From a virus: a DNA stretch of 64,000 nt. Where the stretch lies: positions 12,034 through 76,033 of IMG/VR virus record IMGVR_UViG_3300034063_001075; one strand, given 5' to 3'. A model generated the notes under the pieces. It was not told where the DNA came from. It saw only the letters and a program-made list of their open reading frames with translations, and made no database searches. Shown here in pieces: positions 41,081-49,176 of this stretch. The number at the start of each line of letters is the position of its first letter. Within the stretch, counting starts at the first letter, position 1. The translations under genes were made by a program, and so were the position numbers.

Positions 41081-41135
41081 GCGGCGGAGTCGTCCGGTGG
41101 TTTTATGTCCCACTGGTTCTCCACGACTCCGCCGC
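41081..41135. other. Long intergenic hairpin
   Basis: GCGGCGGAGTCGT/ACGACTCCGCCGC 13-bp perfect stem plus inner CCGGTGG/CCACTGG. Confidence 0.6.
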
Positions 41136-41177
41136 CCAACTTTCAAAATCCAACTAACCACTAACTAACCTAGCACC

Positions 41178-41423
41178 ATGCCACTAACTAAAACTGAACT
41201 GACAAAACGCCGCCTTGAATTCTACCGAGGATACGAAGCGGATCGTGAAGAAGAAGTCGCCACGCTCAAACGTGGGCAAGACGAACTGATTAACCTCATT
41301 CGCGCTCTTGTCCTCGTTTCCCGCCGCGACGAAACGATCAACAACATCATTAAAGAACGCGAGTCGTTTGTGGATCACTCTTACGACTCCGAATGTGAGG
41401 AATACGAAAAGAAGAACAACTAA
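41178..41423 (+). CDS. Hypothetical protein
   Basis: Shares the leader ACTAACTAACCTAGCACCATG with the next gene. Confidence 0.55.
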   Translation: MPLTKTELTKRRLEFYRGYEADREEEVATLKRGQDELINLIRALVLVSRRDETINNIIKERESFVDHSYDSECEEYEKKNN

Positions 41424-41440
41424 CTAACTAACCTAGCACC

Positions 41441-42580
41441 ATGTCAACTACCGAACACAGCCACGCAATCGTGGAATCCAGCACACCCTCGACCGCCAGC
41501 ATCGATCTTTCGACGCTAACCGTTGCGGGTCTCCGCAAGCTCGCTTCTAATCGCGGGATTGGAACGGGTGGGTGGCGGGTCTCCGCGACTCGCGACCAAC
41601 TCATCAACGCGATCACCCTTGGTCACGTCCCGACCCCCACGCCCGTTGCTCCGGCTCCGGCCTCCGTTGCTCCTGCTCCTGCTCCGGTCGCCCCGAGCGC
41701 TAGCACCGTGGTCTCACCTGCGATCCAACCGTCCCGACCCGCACCCGTGCTGGTTTATCCGGACGTCGATCCTAGCTTCGTCGTTTCCAAGGAGGTTGCC
41801 GAACTCGTCGATGTCGTTCTGCAAATCCCCAACGGCAAGATTCGCAACGTCCTTGTCACCGGACCTGCGGGTTGCGGCAAGACTGAGCTAGCACGTTTCT
41901 CTGCGGCTACGGGCAAAGCTCCGTTCTTTGAGTTTTCCATGCCGCTGTATCGTGAACCTCTCGACCTCTTCGGCGAGAAGTGCGTAGCGGACGGCAAGAC
42001 GTTCTTCCTGCCTAGCTTGTTCATCCAAGCTTTGGAAACACCTCACGCTGTTATCCTCCTCGACGAGGTTAACCGTGTTGCTCCGCTCCTCGCCAACGGT
42101 CTGCTTCCGTTGCTCGACCACCGCAAGGAGGTTTATGTGGAAGGCCTTAACCGGATCGTCCGTGTTGCCGAGAACGTCACGTTCTTCGCCACGGCGAACA
42201 TCGGCGTCGAATACACCGGAACATTCCGCCTCGACTCCGCTCTGGCCTCGCGCTTCCCGTATCGCATTGAGGTGACCTACCTCGACCGCGAGTCCGAATC
42301 CAAGTTGCTTGCCGAGCGTTGCGGGATTACCCCCGAGGATGCTCAGATGCTAGCAACCGTGGCCGAGACGATCCGCGCCAAATCCGCCGACTTCGGTGGA
42401 ACCCTGTCGCACTCAGTCTCGACCCGCGAACTCATCGGCGCGGGGTGGCTGGTCGCTGGCGGTCTGCCTACGGGCAAGGCCCTCACGCACACCATTGTCC
42501 CCACCTTCGATCCCGAGGGTGCGGAGTCTTCGGAACGGGCACAAGTCCTTCAAACTGTTCAGCTTGTCTGTGGTCTCTGA
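41441..42580 (+). CDS. MoxR/CbbQ-like AAA+ ATPase #2 with the same N-terminal module and a Pro/Ala linker
   Basis: GPAGCGKT, ILLDEVN, ATAN, LDSALASRF, VSTRE. Confidence 0.88.
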   Translation: MSTTEHSHAIVESSTPSTASIDLSTLTVAGLRKLASNRGIGTGGWRVSATRDQLINAITLGHVPTPTPVAPAPASVAPAPAPVAPSASTVVSPAIQPSRPAPVLVYPDVDPSFVVSKEVAELVDVVLQIPNGKIRNVLVTGPAGCGKTELARFSAATGKAPFFEFSMPLYREPLDLFGEKCVADGKTFFLPSLFIQALETPHAVILLDEVNRVAPLLANGLLPLLDHRKEVYVEGLNRIVRVAENVTFFATANIGVEYTGTFRLDSALASRFPYRIEVTYLDRESESKLLAERCGITPEDAQMLATVAETIRAKSADFGGTLSHSVSTRELIGAGWLVAGGLPTGKALTHTIVPTFDPEGAESSERAQVLQTVQLVCGL

Positions 42581-42605
42581 TACCAGATAGCAACCTGTGG
42601 ATAAG
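42578..42605 (+). promoter_or_regulatory. Early bipartite element, copy 7
   Basis: TGATAC-N12-TGTGGATAAG-TAACTG. Confidence 0.7.
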
Positions 42606-42704
42606 TAACTGAACAGAACTTTCCATCCACCCCTCGCCGGAAGGGGTAAAGCTCCCAACAGAGCATCCGGCCAACTTTCCAAAAACACCAACCAACAACT
42701 GACC

Positions 42705-44816
42705 ATGTCTCAATATTCATCATTCGCCGATTACCACCGTCAACGTGCGGCTAGCTCCGGTGCAGCTATGAAGCGCCGTGCCTCTACTTGGTTCTACGAA
42801 GAGAAGACTGAGGACCGTAGCGACCGTAGCTGGAAGAACTACGAAGATGACGAACTCTTCGATGCCGAGGCCTACGATGGTTCCAAGTATTCAGCCTCCG
42901 CTTCCCTTGGCCGCTATTGGGGTAGCTACTCCTCCTACGGGGACTCCGATAAAAAGAAATCCAAGAAGCAGGAGAACTCCGAAAAGCTAGCTCGCTCACT
43001 CAAAGCTGTGGCGCGGTCATGCAATGCGATTCGGTCTACCGTTGGGCGCGGCAAAGACCTTTCCCTCAAGGTGAAATGGAGCAGTGGCTTTGACGGTAAC
43101 AACGTCCGTCAGAATGACGTGATAGTGCTTTCGCCCGATACGATCTTACAGACCAAGGTCAAAGAGAACTGGGACGAAGGCAAACGCTCTGACGCTCTCG
43201 TTGGTGACGCACTTACCGCCGCCGCTCAGAAACGCACGATCACTCCCTCTGTTGTGGCGGAAGCTGTATTGGCCTCCCAAACCGACCCCGATGCCGAGAC
43301 TGCCCGACTACTGTGGTCCGCTGTCGAGACGGACGTTGCCCAATCCGCCCTGCTTAACGACTACCGTGGCGCGGCTGTTTACTTTGCTGCTAGCAACGCG
43401 TTCCACTCTTCCGACGAATACCGGACAGTCGTGGAAAACTCTTTCACGGACGGTCAAACCCGCAAGTCTGATGCCGCTACCGTGGCGCTGGCTTGGAACA
43501 TCCTCCACCAGAAAAAGCTAGAGCTTCCGGAGGACGTTAGAGAACTCACTGCTACTGCGATGCGTGAATTCGCAAAAGCCAAGACGTGTCGCGATCGTTG
43601 GAACGCTTCTCTTCGCGCCGTCAAACTTCTCCGCTCGCTTGATCCCGAGCAACCTCCGCAGGAGAACCCGCCCTCCCCACCCGAGGAAGAAAGCGCAAAC
43701 CAAAACCCCAACGGGGAGGGCGGGGATGCGGAGCAGGATGCTTCCGAGGAAACTAGCGTAGTTAAAAATGGCGCTGGGCAGATTGGTATGTCCGATCTCC
43801 TTGGCGACCTCGTTGAGAACACAACAGGTCCGGTTCAATCGAACACCCAAGACGTGGAAGAGATTGCCGAGGAAGACGAGTCGTCCCTCAACTCCCGAAA
43901 CACCATCGACGATGAGTCTAGGCACACCCGTTTGCACGACCACCAACAACTAAACGGTTGCCGCTCTGCGGTTGTGGCCCCCGCAACCAAGGCCCTGCTA
44001 GCAGGTTACAACGGGTTGGTTCGCCGCCTTTCCGGCTTGGCCGATTTGTTCTCTACCGTCAACACAGTCGAATCCTACGGTCGCCGTTCCGGTGTGCTTG
44101 ACGATGCCAAGCTGTGGTCCGTTCCGTCCGGTGAAACAAACGTCTTCATCCGCCGAGACGAGACAGGCGAAAAACGGGAGGTTTCAATCGCTGTGCTTGT
44201 CGATCTTTCCGGTTCGACCGGATGCCAGATAGACACGTCTTTCGGCGGTTTCGCCGACTTTAGAGAAAGTGTATCGTTCGAAGAGCGTGTAAAGCGCCTT
44301 AACAAAACGGATGAGGACTATCCGCAACACGTTCCGATTTCCGTTCATCTTAAACGGGCGGCGTCCATCTTAACTGAGGCTCTCCGTGCTTCTGATACCA
44401 ACACTGGCGTCCGCATTCAAACTTACGGACATTATTGTGGGCACGTCGAGTATTACGGCCAGACCGCCAACTTGGTTCAAGGCGACAACGGTGGCGGGAC
44501 CGACGAAGCAGGTGCGCTAGCACGGACTGTCAAACACTTTACCGAAAGCGACACTCGCGATTGCCGTAAGATCGTAATCTGCATTGGGGATGGTGAGACT
44601 GATTCAGCACACCTCCGCAAGATCGTTGATGCGTCTGCCAAGCTAGGCGTCGAAGTCTATTCCATTCTTGTAGCGCATCACGAAGGGCGCATCAAACAGC
44701 ACGGCGAAGTTGCCTTCGGCAAGGGCCGCTTCTGCGGTCTGTCGATTGATACCGCGAAAAACCTTCCGACTGTCCTCACTTCGTTCGTCACCCGCATCCT
44801 TTCGAAAGCCCGTTAA
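42705..44816 (+). CDS. VWA (CobT/NorD-like) partner of AAA+ #2
   Basis: RSGVLD...VLVDLSGST (MIDAS), GGTDE, ICIGDGE; acidic linker. Confidence 0.8.
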   Translation: MSQYSSFADYHRQRAASSGAAMKRRASTWFYEEKTEDRSDRSWKNYEDDELFDAEAYDGSKYSASASLGRYWGSYSSYGDSDKKKSKKQENSEKLARSLKAVARSCNAIRSTVGRGKDLSLKVKWSSGFDGNNVRQNDVIVLSPDTILQTKVKENWDEGKRSDALVGDALTAAAQKRTITPSVVAEAVLASQTDPDAETARLLWSAVETDVAQSALLNDYRGAAVYFAASNAFHSSDEYRTVVENSFTDGQTRKSDAATVALAWNILHQKKLELPEDVRELTATAMREFAKAKTCRDRWNASLRAVKLLRSLDPEQPPQENPPSPPEEESANQNPNGEGGDAEQDASEETSVVKNGAGQIGMSDLLGDLVENTTGPVQSNTQDVEEIAEEDESSLNSRNTIDDESRHTRLHDHQQLNGCRSAVVAPATKALLAGYNGLVRRLSGLADLFSTVNTVESYGRRSGVLDDAKLWSVPSGETNVFIRRDETGEKREVSIAVLVDLSGSTGCQIDTSFGGFADFRESVSFEERVKRLNKTDEDYPQHVPISVHLKRAASILTEALRASDTNTGVRIQTYGHYCGHVEYYGQTANLVQGDNGGGTDEAGALARTVKHFTESDTRDCRKIVICIGDGETDSAHLRKIVDASAKLGVEVYSILVAHHEGRIKQHGEVAFGKGRFCGLSIDTAKNLPTVLTSFVTRILSKAR

Positions 44817-44832
44817 CCACTAACCAAGAATC

Positions 44833-44860
44833 CGATACCAACAAATCGTCCGTGGATAAG
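44833..44860 (+). promoter_or_regulatory. Early bipartite element, copy 8 (variant CGTGGATAAG)
   Basis: CGATAC-N12-box; ATG 6 nt downstream. Confidence 0.65.
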
Positions 44861-44866
44861 TATTGT

Positions 44867-45103
44867 ATGGAAACACCCACAACAACAGCCCCCGTCAACC
44901 GCACCCGAATCCCCAGCCTCGTCAACCGAGCCGCTCTACGAAAGCTGCTCCTCGACATTGCGGCTGAGGAGAAGGGCCACTTGCCGTCCTGCTATCACCT
45001 CAAGCGTGTAGCAGATTCTGTCTTCGACGAGGCCGAGGCCGCGCTCCGGACCTTCGCCCGTAACAAGGTCCGCTCCGTTAGAAAGGGAAAGACCATCCAG
45101 TAA
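44867..45103 (+). CDS. Small basic protein
   Basis: SLVNRAALRK...RVADSVFDEAEAALR...KGKTIQ; possibly bacterial histone-fold-like (weak). Confidence 0.55.
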   Translation: METPTTTAPVNRTRIPSLVNRAALRKLLLDIAAEEKGHLPSCYHLKRVADSVFDEAEAALRTFARNKVRSVRKGKTIQ

Positions 45104-45229
45104 CCCCTTTTGACAGGGAGAGGAATTGCGGCGGCGTTTGGTTCTTTGCGCTGGTTATTTTCATTCTCCTGCTCCGTAACCGCGTAAAAGCGGAGCGCCC
45201 TGTCAACCCCTTGACTTTCACCTACCAAT

Positions 45230-45451
45230 ATGCAACCATCATACACCTACACCGTGACCTATAAAAACTTACCGTGCTGGCATCCGGTTCGCCAAATGCA
45301 CCGGAACCCCTCGTTCGATCGTGAGAACGACTGGCTCTTCGACCTGTTCTCCCGCCGCCGTCCCTTGTCTCTCTGGCAACGGCTCAAAGCCTTTGTCGCG
45401 AGGGAGTTAGCTCCGGTCTCTGATCACCTTAAACGGACTGTGGATAAGTAA
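45230..45451 (+). CDS. Hypothetical protein
   Basis: 73-aa ORF between an intergenic structure and element copy 9. Confidence 0.4.
   Translation: MQPSYTYTVTYKNLPCWHPVRQMHRNPSFDRENDWLFDLFSRRRPLSLWQRLKAFVARELAPVSDHLKRTVDK
45421..45448 (+). promoter_or_regulatory. Early bipartite element, copy 9
   Basis: TGATCA-N12-TGTGGATAAG; ATG 7 nt downstream. Confidence 0.7.
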
Positions 45452-45455
45452 CCGT

Positions 45456-45872
45456 ATGCAAACGTTCCTACCTTATCCCAACTTTCACGACTCTGCCCGA
45501 GTCCTCGACAATCGGCGTTTAGGCAAGCAACGGGTTGAGACGCTTCAGATTCTCAAAGCTCTCAGCCTCCCCACTTACGGTTGGCAAAACCACCCCGCTG
45601 TCAAAATGTGGCGCGGCTTTGAGCGGGGGCTCGCCGTCTACGGCGTAGTGATCTGCAACGAGTGGCTTCGGCGTGGTTTCAACGACACCTGCCTCGACAA
45701 GATTCGTCTGTATCTCAACGTGCATCCGACTGGGGGCACGATCCCGCCGTGGATCGACGACGAACAATTCTGTCGGTCTCACCAATCCAATCTCATCCGA
45801 AAGGATCGCGCTCACTACGCCCCTTTCTTCCCCAACGTTCCGGACAACCTCCCGTATGTCTGGCCCAACTGA
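45456..45872 (+). CDS. MSMEG_6728-family / pyrimidine-dimer glycosylase-like protein
   Basis: MQTFLPYP...LDNRRLGKQRVE..QIL...GWQNHPAVKMWRG...SHQSNLIRKD...LPYVWP. Confidence 0.8.
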   Translation: MQTFLPYPNFHDSARVLDNRRLGKQRVETLQILKALSLPTYGWQNHPAVKMWRGFERGLAVYGVVICNEWLRRGFNDTCLDKIRLYLNVHPTGGTIPPWIDDEQFCRSHQSNLIRKDRAHYAPFFPNVPDNLPYVWPN

Positions 45873-45875
45873 TCT

Positions 45876-46094
45876 ATGAAACAACGCAACTACAAAAAGG
45901 AATACCAACAGTTCCATGCAAAGCCCGAGCAAAAGCAAAACCGCGCTCAGCGTAATGCGGCTCGCGCAAAGATGGCCGCTGCTGGCCGAGTCCACAAAGG
46001 GGACGGCAAAGACGTCCATCACGTCAAAGGCATGAGCAACAAAGCTAGCAACCTTCGGGTCATGTCTGCCTCCCGTAACCGCTCAATCAAATAA
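45876..46094 (+). CDS. Small HNH-like endonuclease
   Basis: KGDGKDVHH...SNLRVMSASRNRS. Confidence 0.7.
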   Translation: MKQRNYKKEYQQFHAKPEQKQNRAQRNAARAKMAAAGRVHKGDGKDVHHVKGMSNKASNLRVMSASRNRSIK

Positions 46095-46117
46095 CCACCA
46101 ACACCAACACCAAACCT

Positions 46118-47719
46118 ATGCGAACCATCCAAAGAAGTAATCCACTACAAGACCACGACAACTCAGAAGACACCGTCTCAATCATGGCCGAAGTCCTCGT
46201 ATCCGAAAACGTGCGTTCCAAGCATTCACCCCGTCCGGTGATGGAGCGTGTCGTCCGTGCGATGCAGGGGGACGCTGGCGACGATCTCTCCGAGGAACAG
46301 CACAAGCGATTCGACCTATCCCGCAGGGTAGCGAAGTTCACCGTGAGCCGATTCGAATTGGAAAGCGGCTCAATCTTCGTGCTGATCTTCTTGGACGCTA
46401 GCGGCGTGTTCGTGGCGACGCTGAAGGACCTCGAAGACATTCTTCGTGCCGATGCTAGCAAGCCACACCCGTTCGACTTGTCAGCCAATAGGGTCGTCAT
46501 TCGATCCCTTATCCCGCTCCGTGAAGGCGAGGCCTTGGACATTTCAATGACCCCCGAGGATGCGGAGAACGACAAAGCAATGCAGCACGTGCTTCGTCTC
46601 GCGACTGTTCTCAGTCCGAGTGATGTCGTCAAACCGGAGCTTAACTAATGACTACCATAGTACAGCTAATCATAGGGGGCGGCATTCTCTTCATGCTCTT
46701 CTGCGTGGTCGGACTTGTCGTCGAAATGAATCGACTCCGAGCCAAAGCGCGAAGCGCCGAGGAAGACGCTGCGTTTTACCGCAAGTGGTTGAACCGCGCT
46801 TTGTTCAGAGACAGGGAGGACTTGTTTGTATGACTACTCCCTATTCTTTTGATCAAGTCCGGATTCTTTCGGAGTCGTTGGGTCGTAGTCCTTTATCGTG
46901 GGGCAATGATGCAAGTTCCTTGCGCCATCGCTCTGCGGTTGCTGCTGCCCGTTTATCCGACGAAAGCTTATTGCAGATATTCGACGAGATTCAGCTACAT
47001 ACGAAGGCTCTTTGTAAAGAGCTTCCCGTTCTTCGATCTTTTGCGGGTCGTTGGATACTAGAGTCGGAAGACGAGTATTATGATAGTGAGTTTGTCCGCG
47101 CTCCGTATCGCTCCGTTGTGTCGGTGCTAGCTGAAGGTGGATTGCCGCTATTCACCTCGTTGTTTGACCTCGAAACCCAAGAGGACTGTTCCGTTTTGCA
47201 GGAGTATTTCACTGACGTCGTCAGAGTTGAGTGGGAGTTCGCTCAACTGCTGATGGACAAACCCGAGCATCTTGAGTCCTACAAAAGTCAGCTTCGCGAG
47301 GCTTATAGCCGGATCGTGGATCAGATGAAGAAGGACTTCCCGTATTTGCCGTGGTCGAGCCGCCTCCAAGTTGGAGACGCTCTAGCGGCCTAACCAACAA
47401 ACAAACAAAACTAAGTATGGAAACAGCAAATGAGTTCGATAAATCCGTGACTCTGATAACGGATGAAAAGGAATACCATGCGTGGCGTCTCAAAATCGCC
47501 GCTGCTATGGGGCAGGGCCTTCTGGCGTCGCAAGACAAAGAGGGCTGGAATCTGGCGCGTCTGGCGTTTGTTAGCCTTCAAGCGGCTGACGCTATGCTGG
47601 AGATTGCCAGTAAACCGTTGCCCAAGCCGACTACCCGTCCTAGACAGGACGATATGAGCCCTGTTGAGCTTCAAGTGCTCGACGAAAATGGGGTGTCTGA
47701 GGGTCGCTCTTCGGACTAA
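46118..47719 (+). other. Four hypothetical ORFs (46118-46648, 46648-46833, 46830-47393, 47417-47719)
   Basis: Coupled ORFs with CA-rich leaders; 46648-46833 has one TM. Confidence 0.55.
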
Positions 47720-47728
47720 AATAAATTT

Positions 47729-47904
47729 CTAACAGGCTCTGGCGGATACATCTCCGTTCAACCTGTTGGCTCGCCCCCCTCAAGGGGGGTGTGATGTCGG
47801 TGCTGCCAGAAGCACGGAAATATAGGGTGGGGAGTCTGGCCTCCCCGCAAACATGGAGCGGGGCCGTTAACATTGTCAGTGCGATCGGCCCCGCTCTCTT
47901 TTTC
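47729..47904 (+). ncRNA. Candidate structured RNA: five hairpins with a kissing-loop pair
   Basis: Stems found by eye; adjacent loops GCCAGA and TCTGGC are complementary; last stem followed by a T-rich tract; strand is inferred. Confidence 0.5.
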
Positions 47905-47905
47905 T

Positions 47906-48324
47906 ATGAAGCCTTTTGAAGCGTGTTTATTCAAACGTGGTTACGACACCGAGGCCGAAGCGTTGCAGAACGGGATGGAAGTATACTTTTGCTTGTATTG
48001 CTGTAAGTTCCATTCCCGTATGTCCCTAGCCAACAAACGCAAAGAAAACCGATTCGCGCATAGAGAGCGCTTCTTTGCTTGTGCTAAGCGTCGCAGGGCT
48101 GCTAGCTGATGGACATTATTCGTGAGACCGTCGCCTCGTTGGACCGCCAAGACTTGGAGAACAAAGACTGGGCGCGGTTTCTCGTTCGTTCGATTCCGGA
48201 GGATACGGGGGGCGCGATGTCCCGACTATTCAAGTCCGTGCGTCCCTCTGTTGCGTTTTCCATCAACTCAGAAACGGGCAAGCCTACCTTGAAGCTAGGG
48301 ATTACCGCCTCAGTGCGTTGGTGA
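47906..48324 (+). other. Two small ORFs (47906-48109 with a CxxC/H zinc-ribbon-like motif; 48109-48324)
   Basis: CLFKRGYDT...VYFCLYCCKFH; coupled. Confidence 0.5.
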
Positions 48325-48330
48325 ATTTAG

Positions 48331-48400
48331 CGAGCGTGGCAGGATTCCATACCTGCAACTTTCTGGTTGTGCCCATTGCGTCTAGTTCCGCCACACGCTC
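48331..48400 (-). ncRNA. tRNA-like element with reduced anticodon arm
   Basis: GAGCGTG/CACGCTC acceptor, TGGCGGAACTAGACGC D arm, GCAGG-TATGGAAT-CCTGC T arm. Confidence 0.65.
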
Positions 48401-48414
48401 AAAGTAAGAAGGGG

Positions 48415-48481
48415 GGTGGGGGCTGGGGTTTCACCATATCTGCGCCCTCAGTCATACGCCGAGAGTAATCGCACCCCCACC
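48415..48481 (-). ncRNA. Second tRNA-shaped structured element
   Basis: GGTGGGGG/CCCCCACC closing stem, TGCG/CGCA plus CTCTCGG-7-nt loop-CTGAGGG, TGG-TGAAACC-CCA T-arm-like hairpin. Confidence 0.4.
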
Positions 48482-48489
48482 ATTAAGTA

Positions 48490-48885
48490 TTAAGGCTCTG
48501 GCGCTACTTCTTGCGGCCCCGTTGTTGGGGGCTCTGCTAGCACGTCCGTAGTCAAATCCTCTACGTAAAAGTCGAATATTGTTCGCATCCGGACAATGTC
48601 TCGTTCCCCACTACCTTGAGTCCGTCGTTCGTCAAACTCTTTACCGACACCCATTTTACGGGGCCAGTCCTCAGGAGGCTTAGCCATGAACGCCGCGTGT
48701 AGCGCCTCTGTAATTGCAAAATAGACTTTTCGGATATCTCCCGTTGCCGCACTTACTTCGCTGGCTTGTAGCTTGGGGAGACTGCTAAGGGGGATGAATA
48801 AGCCTGTCGTCGGGGACCCAGAAACTGTTGCAGTAACAACATCTATGCCTGCAATCCACGCTTGCGGTATCTTATTAAATGCCAT
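48490..48885 (-). CDS. Small structural protein, paralog family A
   Basis: MAFNKIPQAWIAG...IPLSSLPKL...TGDIRKVYFAITE. Confidence 0.65.
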   Translation of the reverse strand: MAFNKIPQAWIAGIDVVTATVSGSPTTGLFIPLSSLPKLQASEVSAATGDIRKVYFAITEALHAAFMAKPPEDWPRKMGVGKEFDERRTQGSGERDIVRMRTIFDFYVEDLTTDVLAEPPTTGPQEVAPEP

Positions 48886-48892
48886 TGGCTCT

Positions 48893-49171
48893 TTAAGCGT
48901 CCTCCGGCGCGACTTCAGCGGCGTCTATGAAAGTCTCGAACGAGAAATTGTAGGCTCTGTCAATTTGGTTGACGTTTGCGCTCGTCTGTCTCCGCATTTC
49001 CATTCGTGCCGGAAGCTGGTTTGGTAATTTCGAGCGATAGGAATCATACATTGCCTCAGCCAGTGCGTAGAAAACTTTGCGAACATCCGCATTAGGCCCC
49101 TGCACTTCTTCAGCGGTTAGCATAGGAATGCTAGAGAGCGGAATACATAACCACTGTTCGTCGTTTGGCAT
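48893..49171 (-). CDS. Paralog family A member lacking the N-terminal motif
   Basis: IPLSSIPML...NADVRKVFYALAE. Confidence 0.65.
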   Translation of the reverse strand: MPNDEQWLCIPLSSIPMLTAEEVQGPNADVRKVFYALAEAMYDSYRSKLPNQLPARMEMRRQTSANVNQIDRAYNFSFETFIDAAEVAPEDA

Positions 49172-49176
49172 AAGGC

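Noticed and set aside
47790-47822. Hammerhead ribozyme (GTGATGT...stem...GAAA)
   Set aside because: Core differs from CUGANGA and stems I and III could not be built
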